Source of the DNA: Octopus vulgaris
Lineage: Eukaryota
Assembly (NCBI GenBank): GCA_951406725.2
Contig: OX597815.1
Span: 52,142,001 to 52,206,000 of the forward strand
Direction: 5' to 3'
DNA: 64,000 nt
Shown: one piece after another, positions 41,290-53,557 of the stretch
Numbering within the stretch: the stretch's first letter is position 1
Layout of the letters: each line of letters opens with the position of its first letter
Translations under genes and position numbers: made by a program
The notes under the pieces: generated by a model
The model's database searches: none
What the model saw: the letters and a program-made list of their open reading frames with translations, nothing else
Told to the model about the DNA's origin: nothing

Positions 41290-42035
41290 ACAAATCACCA
41301 GTCATCTTGATCCTCGGTCATCTTCTCTGTAAAGCTCAACATCTGAAGATCAATTTTCACCACTTTATCCCATGTCTTCCTAGGTCTTCATCTTCCACAG
41401 GTTCCTGCCACCTTCTTTATGCAACTGTCTTCATCTATATGACCAAACCAGTGCAGTCTTCTCTCTTTCACACTACATCTAATGTTCCTTATACCCAATT
41501 TTCTTCTGAAGACTATACTTTGTTGAACATGCACACCAACATTGCATATCCAGTGGAGTGTTCTGGCTTCATTTCTTTCAAGCCTTTGCATGTCCTTATC
41601 ATTCACAACCTTCGTTTTTTGCTACCATGTAACGTAACTGTTCTTACACAAACATCATACAATCTTCCTTTTATTCTGAGGGAGACTCCCTTTGTTACCA
41701 ACAACTTTGCTCAGTTGGTTCTTATTCTAGTAAATACACTTCTAGAGCATCCTCCTTCACTGTTAATTTGGTCACTTAGTGATGGAAACTATCTATTACC
41801 TCTAAGGATCACCCTAGGCATTTGAGGAAATGTTCTCAGTGTAGATTGTCCCTGCACATCTGCCACACACATGAAGACTACTTTCCCTCTTAACCTTCTC
41901 AAGATTCTACTGCACCTCTTAAGTGTTCATAGCTTGTCCTGGGTACACTGTATGGAATTTCTACTTACACCTTTTCTACATATCAAGCAAGGATATTTCC
42001 CTGAAAGGATTAGTAATTTGTCTGTTTTCCTGCCT
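41290..42035 (-). mobile_element. Decayed RTE LINE 3' coding fragment
   Basis: Minus ORF 41388-41606 (RLERNEARTLHWIC...RRLHWFGH) plus PCLICRKGVSRNSIQC near 41945-41992, homologous to the 9670-10380 region. Confidence 0.8.
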
Positions 42036-42789
42036 ACTGTAGTAGAAGACATTTGCCTAAGTGCCATACAGTGGGATTGAACCCAGAACTATGTGGTTGC
42101 GAAGCAAACTTCTTACTTCACAGTCACATCTACACCTATAATATGAAGAAAAAAAAAATAGTGTTTAAAAAAATGTAACAAAAAAATGTAACAAAACATT
42201 ACACTATTGTAGTTCACATTCTCACACACAAACATGTAGACAATCTTATGCACAATTTAACTATCATTTGCATACAAGCAATAAAGCTGGATCTTTAATC
42301 TAACCACCTGTTGTTCACACTGTCATATGACACATTCACTGATTTAATGCAGTTTTGACTTTTGGTGTAATTATTGCCCGTGACCTGAAACATAGGAATA
42401 ATGTATAGCTGTCATTCACGCTGTCACATGATGCATTCATTAGACAAACACAGCTTTAAATTTAGTGTAGCTGTCAGTCATATTGTCACATGACTCTATG
42501 ACCTTGTGACCAGTTTGTGACTAAACTGTACCTCAACTGATGGCGATTTCAGCCACAATCTCATCACCAAGAGGAGAAAATTTTTTTAACACTGCTCACA
42601 TTGATGGCAAATACAGCTTAGCTTCAGCTCCATTCATTTCATGCTACTTTTGAAAATCATGAAATTGAGAAAATAATTAAGTAAATGCAAATAAAGTTTT
42701 TAAAAACTCCATAATGAACTGTTTTGTTTTGTTTTGTTTTCTCTCACTGTCTCTCTTTCTCCCCCACCACATGCATGCACACACACACA

Positions 42790-43100
42790 CACAGAATCCA
42801 GTAACATCAAAAATAGAGAAACAATAGTTGACATGACAGTTCTATTTAGAATTTCACAAAAATGAGAAGAGTATGTTGACAGTGTCATTGCTGCTGCATA
42901 TACGGATATCCAAAACTGCATTCAGAAAATGCCTAACTTGATTCATTGGCATAAAGTCACTCATAAACAACTCCAGCCTCTGGCTCACAGCTGAGCAGCT
43001 CCCCTCCTTGTCTTTCCTGTTACTACTATAATGCTTCTGCTCTTTAGAGCTGACTGAACTCACGTGACCTCCACTTAGGCATTCTCATATTACTCATCTC
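42790..43100 (-). pseudogene. Highly decayed APE-endonuclease-like (RTE 5') fragment
   Basis: Minus ORF 42700-42921 has ISVYAA...FCEIL, like the ISxYAP...FYxxL motif of RTE endonucleases. Confidence 0.35.
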
Positions 43101-46100
43101 TCCTTGTCTCATTAGCTTTGTTTTATTACCCACACTCCAGGGGTGGACATAACAACCCTATGATGGGTGGCTAGGGTCACCACACTATGTCCAGTCCTTT
43201 CCTTGAATATCAGTACACTGGAATCCCTTCCTTCTTCATATCCTTCTGGCAAAAGGTTCCAGAGGAACATAATTGACATCAGTCCCCCTGTTTTGGAGAG
43301 CCTGCAAAGACCATTGACACTATCCATTCCCCTAGATCCAGAAAGTAAAAGAAAACTTAGTTTGAAAGTGCTCTCAATATCATACCTACCTACCTACCTA
43401 CCTACATATATACAATCATACAGCACCATCCTCTTCTTCTTCTTCTTCTTTCTCCCCTTCTCCTCCTCTTACTCCCCTTCCCCATCCTCGTCTCCCTTCC
43501 CCTCTTACTCCACACCCTGCTCCTCCTCTCCCTTCCCCTCTTGCTCCTGCTCCCCTCCTTCTCCTCCTCTTCCTCCCTCCCCATCATCTCTGTGATCATT
43601 GTACACTTTTCCATGCTTGCATAAATCAGACAGAAGTGTGATTTTATTTAGCCAGCTGCCCTTCTTGTCGTCAGCCCTTACATGTTCCCAAGCAAAGTAA
43701 TATTTCCTCATGTTTGGGCATGTTTTCACTGAAGGTTAGAAATGGATGACAGCACTTGTATGACAGTGACACTCATTTACAACTTACTATCATATCAAGA
43801 TATGGACATACACACACACACACACACACCTTTTCTGTGATCTGCTAACCAGGGAAAATTCTGCTTCATACTGAAATATGCCTGAAATGTGTTCATAGCA
43901 TGTATATTTTGTATCAGAGTGATATTTGGAAATCTTTCACGAACATATATTTCCAAGGAAATACACTGCTTATGGATTTTAATTAATATTGAAATTAATA
44001 ACAAATTAGAAGTGATTATCTCTTTACTGAACTTGTGTCAGAACATAAAAGTTTCTTGCATAAAATTATAATGGAGATTTTCTAATTTAAATATGAAAGC
44101 CTTAAAAGAGGCAATTTTGTATGAAAGAATGAATGTTGGTTTGAGGCAGATTAATCTTTGAAGGATTACCTTTTTATCATTGTTATCACAATCATCATTA
44201 TATTGATATATTTGGACTAATGTTCTCATCTTCATTGTTATAATTACAACTTTTCAGCCATTGTATACAATCCAATCTTTTTTAGGTGCCTGCTGTATTT
44301 GATAACATTCTTGTAATTTAAAACCTAATTTCCATGAGGGGAAATTTTTCTCATATTCTTCCTTTTAGGGTGATATCATTTGCTTCTGAACCAGAGAATA
44401 CATTATTTCACTAGTCCTGGGATTGAACTCATGCCTTCAAGCTTAACATTTGACACAACCCATTTAAACCAGCCATATCCTGCATAAAATGTTCTACATG
44501 TTTTAAATTCAAATTGGCCATATCTAGCTTCTCACACACACCCTACACTGACATTCTAAAAATAAACAATCACATCATCAAAACCTCAAGGCTATTAAAT
44601 AATACATGATTAATTTTAAAAAATTTGAATAATAAAGCATTACATTTAGCAGAGTAATCTGAGTGCTAAGGAGTTAACCCAAACCTATATTCACTGTCAT
44701 ATTATCAGTTAGGATCCCTATGCTATCATCTATTCTTTTCTGTCCCTTTATTTAAATTATGATTCTTCACATAAAACCACTGAATGTAGCCTCACTATTT
44801 CCAGTTCTTAAAATGACTTAATGTGAGCAACATATTTTATTGTCAACTCTACTTTACACAATGTTCAATATATTTTTGTGTATAAACTGCTAGTAAAGTC
44901 AAATCATTATTAAAGAGACTTTTCTTTAAGGCAATATAAAGAAAATAACTGCAACTAATCAAGACTTTATGTATTACCAATATCTTGTGAGACTGAATCC
45001 ATTATAAGTCATTGTAATATGCTAACAATTAATGTAGTTGTATATATGCCATATCCTCCTCCTCCTTCTCCTCCTCATCATCGTCGTCGTCGTCGTCGTC
45101 ACCACCGCCGCCGCCGTCGTCGTCATTTTCCTGTAAGGTCTGTTGTCCATGCTGGTATGGGTTGAACAGTTTGACCAGAGCTGGCAGGCAGGAGAGCTGC
45201 ACTAGGTTCCAGTCTGATTTGGCTTGGTTTCTACAGCTGGATGCCCTTCGTAATGCTGACCACTTTACAGAGTGTGCTGGGTGCTTTCTACAGGGTACTG
45301 GTATTGGCACTTTTACATGGCATCAGCACAGGTGCTATTACATAACACTGGCACGGAAGCTTTTTTACCTGGTAATGGTATGGGTGCTTTTTACATATCT
45401 CTTGCATAATGCTTTTTTTTTTTCTGCAATATTTTGGTTTCAACCATTCAGCTGTATACAAATTGCATGTTACTATTCATAAATGTTGCTTGCAAATTTG
45501 CTTGTGTTTGGTTTAAAAACCAAAAACCAAAAAACAATCAGGTGAAATAATCCAAATCAAAGCCAGTGTAACTAAAAGTGTTCTGAAACCATAGATACCA
45601 AAAGCAATGTGTTTTTATGATGTATATCCAGAACAAACAGAATAACAGAGTAGTTTTAAATTGTCACACCTGATTGACTGTATATGCAGCATCTAATAGA
45701 CATTAAGACAGAGAATAGTGAATAACATGTTTTACACACGTGGAACTAATTTTTCTATTTGCGTGAGACTTCAACATATATTTGTTTACATTGCTAATAT
45801 TCATGTGACTAACCCACCTAACCCACTCTGCTTACTCAATTAATTGCTGGTGTGTGTGTGTGTACATATGCATGTGTGTGTGTGCTCTCTTACACAGCTG
45901 CATCACATGACTGAAAAAAAAGACACTAAAAATTATTTGTTTTATTTTGTGTTGCCAATGTCTACACATCTCCAAAACACACACACATGTAATGACTATT
46001 TCATGAAAGAGTCATGACAGATATTTAAAACAAATGCATAATGTTATATATATTTATATATAGAACAAAAACTCGTCCTCCTCCTCCTCCTCCTTTTAAT

Positions 46101-46357
46101 GTCCACTTGTCCATGCTCACATGTGTCAGATGGAATTTGTTAAGCTATATTTTTTGCAACTGGGCTCCCTTCTTGTTGCCAATCCCCACCTGTTTTTTTA
46201 AGCAAAGTATTTATTTTCCTTATGACCATGTATGTTTTCAGTGATGATCGGAAATGGCATTACTAGACTAATAGTGAAGCTCATTTTACAACTATTGCTT
46301 GATATCTTGATAAGGATGCACACAAAAAAAGAAAGACACATATATGCTCATACACAC

Positions 46358-46435
<78 letters not shown>

Positions 46436-46436
<1 letters not shown>

Positions 46437-46852
46437 GTGTGACTGTGTAGTAAGAAGCTTGCTTCTGAACCACATTGTTCTGGGTTCAGTACCACTGCAT
46501 GGCACCTTCGGAATGTGCCTTCTACTATATGCTTGGGCCACCCAAAGCCTTGTGAGAGGATTTGGTAGATGGAAACTGAAAGAAGCTTCTTGTATGTATG
46601 TGTGCATGTGCGTGCATGTGCACATGTGTGTTTGTCTTTGGGTCTGTGTTTGTTCCCCACCACCAACTGACAACTGATGTAGGTGTGTTTATGTTCCTGT
46701 AACTAAGTGGTTTGGCAAAAGAGACTGATAGAATAAGTTCTAGGCTTAAAAAAGTACTGTGGTCAATTCATTTGACAAAAGATTGTTCAAGGTGGTGCTC
46801 TAGCATGGCTACAGTATAATGACTAAAACAAGTAAAAGATTAAAGATAAAAG
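46436..46852 (+). mobile_element. SINE family A copy
   Basis: Head, body and tail as above. Confidence 0.8.
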
Positions 46853-47379
46853 ACATACAAATATACTACTAGATTCCCAGCCTCCATGAGGCCCAACATT
46901 TAAAGATCATGCTTCCCATAATAGTAATTTGGCAACACACACCTAAGCTACAAATTATACACCTCCCATGTCCCTAAAGCATCAAGACTGCAAGAGACTT
47001 AAATTGAACAAATACAGAGTATCAAATGTAATTAAATTTCAACAGTTCTGCTTTATTTTGGACTGATATAGATTGGCATTCATATTTGACATTACTATTG
47101 TTCTCAGTTTGCTTACCTGTGGTAGCCATTCTTGAGGGTAACTTTTTGTTAACTATGCAGATATCTCATAATTTTGATATCAGCAATAACAAGTGCAGTG
47201 TAAATAATGCATATGAACATACAGTACACACAATGCTGCTTGTGGTTGCACAGTGAATTAGACTGGTGGCCATAGGAATTTCTAGCTTCCCCTCATAATT
47301 TATCCAGAATAAAGGAGCTGCCAGACCATCAGCTGCTGGAAAATCAGTGGTATGCTTGTGTGTATATAACTCTTTCTCT

Positions 47380-47590
47380 TTTCTCTTTTTACTTGTTTCA
47401 GTCATTTGACTGCGGCCATGCTGGAGCACCACCTTTAGTCGAGCAAATCGACCCTGGAACTTATTCTTTGTAAGCCCAGTACTTATTTTATCGATCTCTT
47501 TTGCCAAACCACTAAGTGACGGGGACGTAAACACACCAGCATCGGTTGTCAAGCAATGTTGGGGGGACAAACACAGACACACAAACATAT

Positions 47591-47655
<65 letters not shown>

Positions 47656-47812
47656 TATGGCAGGCTTCTTTCAGTTTCTGTCTACCAAATCCACTCACAA
47701 GGCATTGGTCGGCCTGAGGCTATAGCAGAAGACACTTGCCCAAGATGCCACACAGTGGGACTGAACCCAGAACTTGTGGTTGGTAAGCAAGCTACTTACC
47801 ATACAGCCACTG
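47380..47812 (-). mobile_element. SINE family A copy
   Basis: Near-consensus reverse complement. Confidence 0.85.
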
Positions 47813-47846
<34 letters not shown>

Positions 47847-49212
47847 CATATATGGGCATCCAGCCACAACATGACTATTTCATGAAAGACAATTGGAGTC
47901 TGAACAGCTCTCTGGCTGACCAGTTTCTGTCAAACCGACCAACCCATGCCTGCATTGAAAATGGACATTAAATGATGATGGCGATGATGATGATGATGAT
48001 GTTGATGATATTTATATACACACACACACACACACATATAAGTACAAAGGTGTTTGAATCATACATGTAACTTCCAATAAATGTACTGAGTGCCCTTCTT
48101 TTGTTTGTCTACTCACTTATATATATATATAAATGCAATAGTCTTCTTTTAATTCCTATCAATCAGTTTCACTCCCAAGGCTTTAGATGGCTCATGGCTA
48201 TTGTAGAAAATATTTGCTCAAGATACCATGCAGTAAGACTGAGATCATGTACATGAGAAGCAAACATCTTAACTACACAGTCATGCCAGTGTCTATGGAC
48301 ATAAACCAATGCATATGTATGAATGTATATATGTATGCATCTGTCCCACTTATTCCTACCCACCCCATATCTTGAAATTCTGCATTGACATGACATCACC
48401 ACTGTTTTTTATTGCTTTCCAGCTCTGTCTGATCATTCATATCCTCTCTTCTAAAATGTGAGTGGTCATATAGCTCCTAGACAGCAAGAAACTAGTTCTA
48501 CTCAGGACCTTTTCTCTCATATTTTACACCTCTCTATTTTTCTTTCTCCTATCATAAAGTTTCTCCCCCCGCCCACCCCACATGGTGTTCATAGTCTTGT
48601 AAGCTGCATGGCAACCTCACTAATGCTGATGGCATTCACTACATGCTGTATATATGTATAAACTGGCAAGCTGGCAGAATTGTTAGCACACCAAGTAAAA
48701 TGCTTAGTGACATTTCGTCTGTCTTTATGTTCTGAGTTCAAATTCTGCAGAGGTCCACTTTGCCTTTCACCATTTTGGGGTCAATTAAACAAGTACTAGT
48801 TGAACACTGGGGTTAGTAATCCAAACTTACAGACCTTGAGTCAAAATTTTAAACCATTATTAATATATGTGTGTGTGTTTGCTTGTATAAGTTCATATTT
48901 CTCCTCATCTTCACTGATTGTAAACAATGATGGTGCCATTTGCTTGCAGTCCACTATAAAGGCATATCCTGGCTTCTTGACATGTTCCGACATGTACAGT
49001 CTTTGTAAACAAAGGACTCAATCTAATTGTCTGTTTGCAGTTCTTCTTGTAACTATGTCTTGGACTCTTGTTCAATAGACCATGATATTATTACCTTGCT
49101 TGAAAATAGGTGGGGTTGATATCAGTTAGTTAGTTAGTTAGTTAGTTAATTTGGCTCAAAAGCAAATAGCAAGGCCATGTAGGGGGACATGGAGTTAAGT
49201 ACAGGGTGGTGT

Positions 49213-52100
49213 TCATGTAAAGAGTTCAGGCCACTTGAGGTCCAGGGAGGCTTTGAACAAAGCGGTCGTTGGCATCTTCACCATCTCATCTGGCAGCTTG
49301 TTCCACGGATCCGCAACCCGGACGGAGAAAGCCCCTCTCCTTCGATTGAGATGAAATCGTCGCAGGTAGAGCTTTTCGGAATGACCCCACAGCCGACGCT
49401 CCGGAGCAGGAGTGAAGAAAGCTCTTTCGAGAGGTTACACTTCCCGCTTATGATGTTGTGGGCGAGAATGAGATCACCACGGCGGCGGCGTTTTTCAAGA
49501 GAATAAAGGTCGAGCGTCCTCAGCCTTTCTTCGTAGGACAAATTTTTGAAACCATGAACCAGGCGGGTAGCCAGCCTCTGGACTCTTTCGAGGTGCTGTA
49601 TGTCTTTGAGGAGATAAGGAGAAGAGGCTTGAATCCCATACTCCAATATGGGTCTCACCAGCGTGACATAGAGTGGCAGGAATATGGCTGCTGTGAGCAC
49701 TCCGAATGACCGTCGAATCAAAAACAGAATTCCGCGCGCTTTGTTGGCAGCATGGACGGACTGGGCCGAAGGCGAAAAGGAGGAATCCACCAAGATACCC
49801 AGGTCCTTTACCTGATCGGTCCTCTCCAGCAGCAGACGACCCGGCTCGAAATCAAGTTGAGTTGCAGGAGTAGAGCCGACAGGCAGATGACAGCACTTTG
49901 ACACGTTCAGACACAGGTCCCAATCGTTAGACCACTTCCAAATTTGGTGGAGGCATCGACGAAGATCCTCTATACTACCGCGAGGAGCGACCAGTTTGAT
50001 ATCGTCGGCAAATAGAAGGGTGTGTTGCGTGAGGTCGTCGGGCAAGTCATTTATGAAGACTAAGAACAACAAGGGCCCAAGCACTGAACCTTGAGGCACG
50101 CCACTGCTCGCACTGGAGACGTCGGACCGCGAACCATTAACTTGAACTTGGAAGGAGCGATCTGAGAGGAAGGCACCAACCCATCGTACAATATCCGGAT
50201 GGAAACTATATGCTTGAAGCTTGACAAGTAGTAGGCGGTGGTTTACCGAGTCAAAAGCTTTGGCAAAGTCCAATAAAACGATGTCAACAGCATCACTATC
50301 ATCGAGGATGCGCGTCACCAATTCTTCCATTACTAGTAAGTTGGTCAAGCATGATCTCTTCGGCACGAAGCCGTGTTGGGAATCAGTGATCGAGGCTGTG
50401 CTTAGGAGGTGGAGCATCATACTTTTCTTAAGGATGGTTTCGAACATCTTGCTGATTATTGATGTAAGGGAAACCGGTCGGTAGTTAAGCGGGTCTTCGC
50501 GGCTCCCTTTCTTGAAAATTGGGCAGATTATCGCTGTTCTCCAGTCTGCAGGTATAACACCCGTCGCCAATGACATATTGAATAGTCGTGTTAAGGGCTC
50601 GCAGATGACCTGAGCCAACGCTTTGATAACCCGTGGGTGTATGCCGTCAGGGCCGTGACCCTTGTTGACATCGAGGCCTTGAATAACACGTTTGACTTGG
50701 TCCCGCGTGATGATCAATCGAAGCATTGGAGGTACCGATCTATCAAATGGAGGGGGTTCACGACCATCATCTTGTTTGAAAATAGTTGAAAAAGCCTCGG
50801 CAAATAATTGACTCTGTTGATAAGGGTCCTCAATCGATACGCCTGTTGAGTCTACCAATGTTGCAATCTGGTTGTTCAAGCGGGAATTCCGCTGGACATG
50901 GGCAAAGAAGGTTTTTGGATTGCTACTGGCATTTGCCGCGATTTTGTATTCATAACTGAAGCGTTCTTTCTTTTCAATTTTCACGGCTCGGTCTCGTTGA
51001 GTTTTGTACACCTCAAAAGCTGCAGTCGAATCCAGATTTTTGAATTCAGCCCAAGCAATATCTCTGAGTCGACGTTCTCGTTTAACCTTCTTCGTCACCC
51101 AGGGCTTGTGTTTCTTCCTCTTGGGAAGTCCAAAGGGAACTGCCTGGTCAGTCAAACATATTACATATGCTTTGAGGGATGACCATAGTTCGTCAACTGA
51201 GGACAACGTCATCAGGGAACGCCAGTCCAGAAGCGCGGAAGCCTCGGTTAGAATTTCAAGATTAATTGCAGAGAAGACTCTACGTGGCAGCGAAGTAATC
51301 GTGGGCGTGGAAAAAGTTGTGTGCATGACGAACTTGAGGACCGCATGATCACTCTTGGCAAGAGGGGCGCACACAGATACGTCTGACACTGATCTTGGAT
51401 AGCGGGAGAATACCAGATCTAGCATAGATGGCTGCTGCCCAGACCGATGCCTTGTCGGATATTCAACATGTTGCGATAGAAAACAATCTTCAGCCACGTC
51501 AAGAAGGGCCTGGCCGAACCGGGAAGATGTTGTACAAATTGATGCGGGCCAATCGATCATGGGAGCGTTGAAGTCGCCTAGTACCAAGCAGTCATGCGAA
51601 GCTGAAACGAATCTTATCGCCTCGAGTAGATGAGCATCGTCCTGGGGGTCGGCTAGAGGCGGCCTGTAGACAGCCAACACGGGCAGGCAAAACTCAGATA
51701 GGCTCAGCTTGCAATAGACGGCATCGAATTTGGTTGTAGGTTGAGCATTTGTGGGTAGAATACCGCAGGACGGTTTGTGCTCAGACTTAACATACACAGC
51801 AACACCTCCACCTCGCCTTTTTCCTCTGTCACATTTGAAAAGGACGTAGCCCTGCAGGTGGATCTCTGAGTCCTTTACTGCTGGAGTCAGCCAAGTCTCG
51901 GTGATAGCTATCACATCAGGGGAGTCGCGTAGGGCCAGTGTAAATAGTTCACTGAACTTTGGGAATAAGGAGCACGAGTTGGTGTAGACGATGCTGAGCT
52001 GTGAAGTCTGAGGGGCGGGAGTTGGGGAACAAGCAGAATAAAGGGCATCAGAGATAGCATCGTTGACGGGGGTATCAACTTCACTTCGATTTGCCCTCAC
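49213..52100 (-). CDS. LINE ORF2: APE endonuclease plus reverse transcriptase (CR1 clade); 1-nt frameshift near the C-terminus (~49420)
   Basis: IAITETWL, GGGVAVYV, YRPP, LGDFNAP, LDLVF, SDH; GPDGIHPRV, NYRPVSLTS, QHGFVPKRSC, DFAKAFDSV, GVPQGSVLGPLLF, FADDIKL. The true C-terminus (RLRGHSEKL...FSVRVADPWNKLP...FKASLD) continues in another frame to the stop at 49213-49215. Confidence 0.95.
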
Positions 52101-53557
52101 ATCACTTTCCCTGTCAGCACTACAGCATGGGACCAGAGGTAGGACTTGATTATCTGTCCATCTTGGATTCGTAAACCCTTCTCTCCCATTTGTTTCCTCA
52201 TCTTTAGCTCGGATATCAGGTTCCTCCGGCGAATTCTCTCTCTTAGTGAGTATTCCTCGCGAAAACCCACATTGGGGTCCTCCCAGGCATGCGTCTGAGC
52301 TCTGTTCAGAAAGACTGAAGCCTCCCGATCAGAAGAAAAGATTACCCTTATTGGGCGTGGTCTAGTATCTGCGGTTGGGTTCGCTTGGAATCTTCCTAGC
52401 CGAGCGACCTTAAGAACACTGACATTTTCGTTCACAGAGAACAATTTTCCAACCAAAATGGAAACAAAATTAATGTCATCTTTTAGGCGGTTTATGCCTG
52501 TATCACAGGTGGATTCCGCTTTGCCATATATTATTGCCGATCTTGAGTGGGCAAAAAGTTCTCTACTATGAGCTGCGGTATTTGATTCTTCGTTGGAGGA
52601 TTTCGAAAGAGTGGTTTCATAGCCATCGGACTTATGTCGGCCTGTGGGGTCGATCGGAATGGATTTAGTGGTCATAATTTTCCCGCCTGGTTTGGAACTG
52701 CACTGCCTCTTCTTCGGTTTGGGGGAGCACCACTCCCCAGATGAACCCACATCGAGATCGTTCAGAATTGGTTGAGCAATGGCATTAATGGGAAGGACAA
52801 GTGAAGGAGAATCCAAACAGATTTTATCGTGATCAGGTTTCATAGCCAAATCTGCCCCTCTGGAGTTTTGACTACGTTTCTTCTTTTGGGGAGAACAACG
52901 GTCTTCAGGTGGGTTTGAGTCTACGCTCCTCGAACTAGGTTGGGGAACCTCCGGGACCGAAAAGGCAGATGAGGAAGAATCTGCACAGGAACGATCATGT
53001 GCAGGAACGACCGCCGGTTCCTTCGCCTTCTTTGGTCGCTTCGATTTTGTTCCCTTCGGTTTGGACGTCTCCAGGGAAGAAATCAAGGGTGACTCTGCGT
53101 CAACAGGAGACCGTTTATCGTGGTCAGGTTTCATAGCTAAATCCGCCCCACTGGAGTTTTGACGACGTTTCTTCATTTGGGGAGAACAACGGTCTTCAGG
53201 TGGGTTTGAGTCTACGCTCCTCAAATTAGGTTGGGGAACCTCCGGGACCGAAAAGGCAGATGAGGAAGAATCCGCACGGGAACGATCATGTGCAGAAACG
53301 ACTGCCGGTTTCTTCGCCTTCTTTGGCCGCCTCGATTTTGTTCTCTTCGGTTTGGACGTCTCCAGGGAAGAAATCAAGGGTGACTCTGCGTCAACAGGAG
53401 ACTGTTTATTCAGTAAGAGAGCAACAACAGACTTTAGGTGCTCAACCTCTTGTTTGAGCAACAGCAACTGTTCGTTGAGCTGACTGTTGGTAGGACCATC
53501 ATCTTGATGAGAAGCCCTACTTGCAGATCTCAGTTTCGATGCGTAGGTAGCTGACAT
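52097..53557 (-). CDS. LINE ORF1 nucleic-acid-binding protein (coiled coil, duplicated 97-aa disordered block, RRM/CTD-like C-terminus)
   Basis: Intact 486 aa. Heptad-like LNEQLLLLKQEVEHLKSVV; AIIYGKAES...ARLGR...RPRPIRVIF...ERIRRRNLISELK typical of CR1-group ORF1. Confidence 0.88.
   Translation of the reverse strand: MSATYASKLRSASRASHQDDGPTNSQLNEQLLLLKQEVEHLKSVVALLLNKQSPVDAESPLISSLETSKPKRTKSRRPKKAKKPAVVSAHDRSRADSSSSAFSVPEVPQPNLRSVDSNPPEDRCSPQMKKRRQNSSGADLAMKPDHDKRSPVDAESPLISSLETSKPKGTKSKRPKKAKEPAVVPAHDRSCADSSSSAFSVPEVPQPSSRSVDSNPPEDRCSPQKKKRSQNSRGADLAMKPDHDKICLDSPSLVLPINAIAQPILNDLDVGSSGEWCSPKPKKRQCSSKPGGKIMTTKSIPIDPTGRHKSDGYETTLSKSSNEESNTAAHSRELFAHSRSAIIYGKAESTCDTGINRLKDDINFVSILVGKLFSVNENVSVLKVARLGRFQANPTADTRPRPIRVIFSSDREASVFLNRAQTHAWEDPNVGFREEYSLRERIRRRNLISELKMRKQMGEKGLRIQDGQIIKSYLWSHAVVLTGKVM
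52823..53404 (-). repeat. 291 bp direct tandem duplication inside ORF1
   Basis: Landmarks caacaggaga (ending 53110 and 53401) and tttatcgtg (52823 and 53114) are each exactly 291 bp apart. Confidence 0.95.

Noticed and set aside
41175-41825. 216 aa plus-strand ORF
   Set aside because: Antisense shadow of a decayed minus-strand RTE fragment.
49126-49149. Telomere-like (TTAG)n repeat
   Set aside because: It is the 4-nt microsatellite 3' tail of the CR1 element, not TTAGG or TTAGGG.
49189-51348. Plus-strand ORFs overlapping CR1 ORF2
   Set aside because: Short antisense frames expected opposite a GC-richer coding sequence; no motifs.
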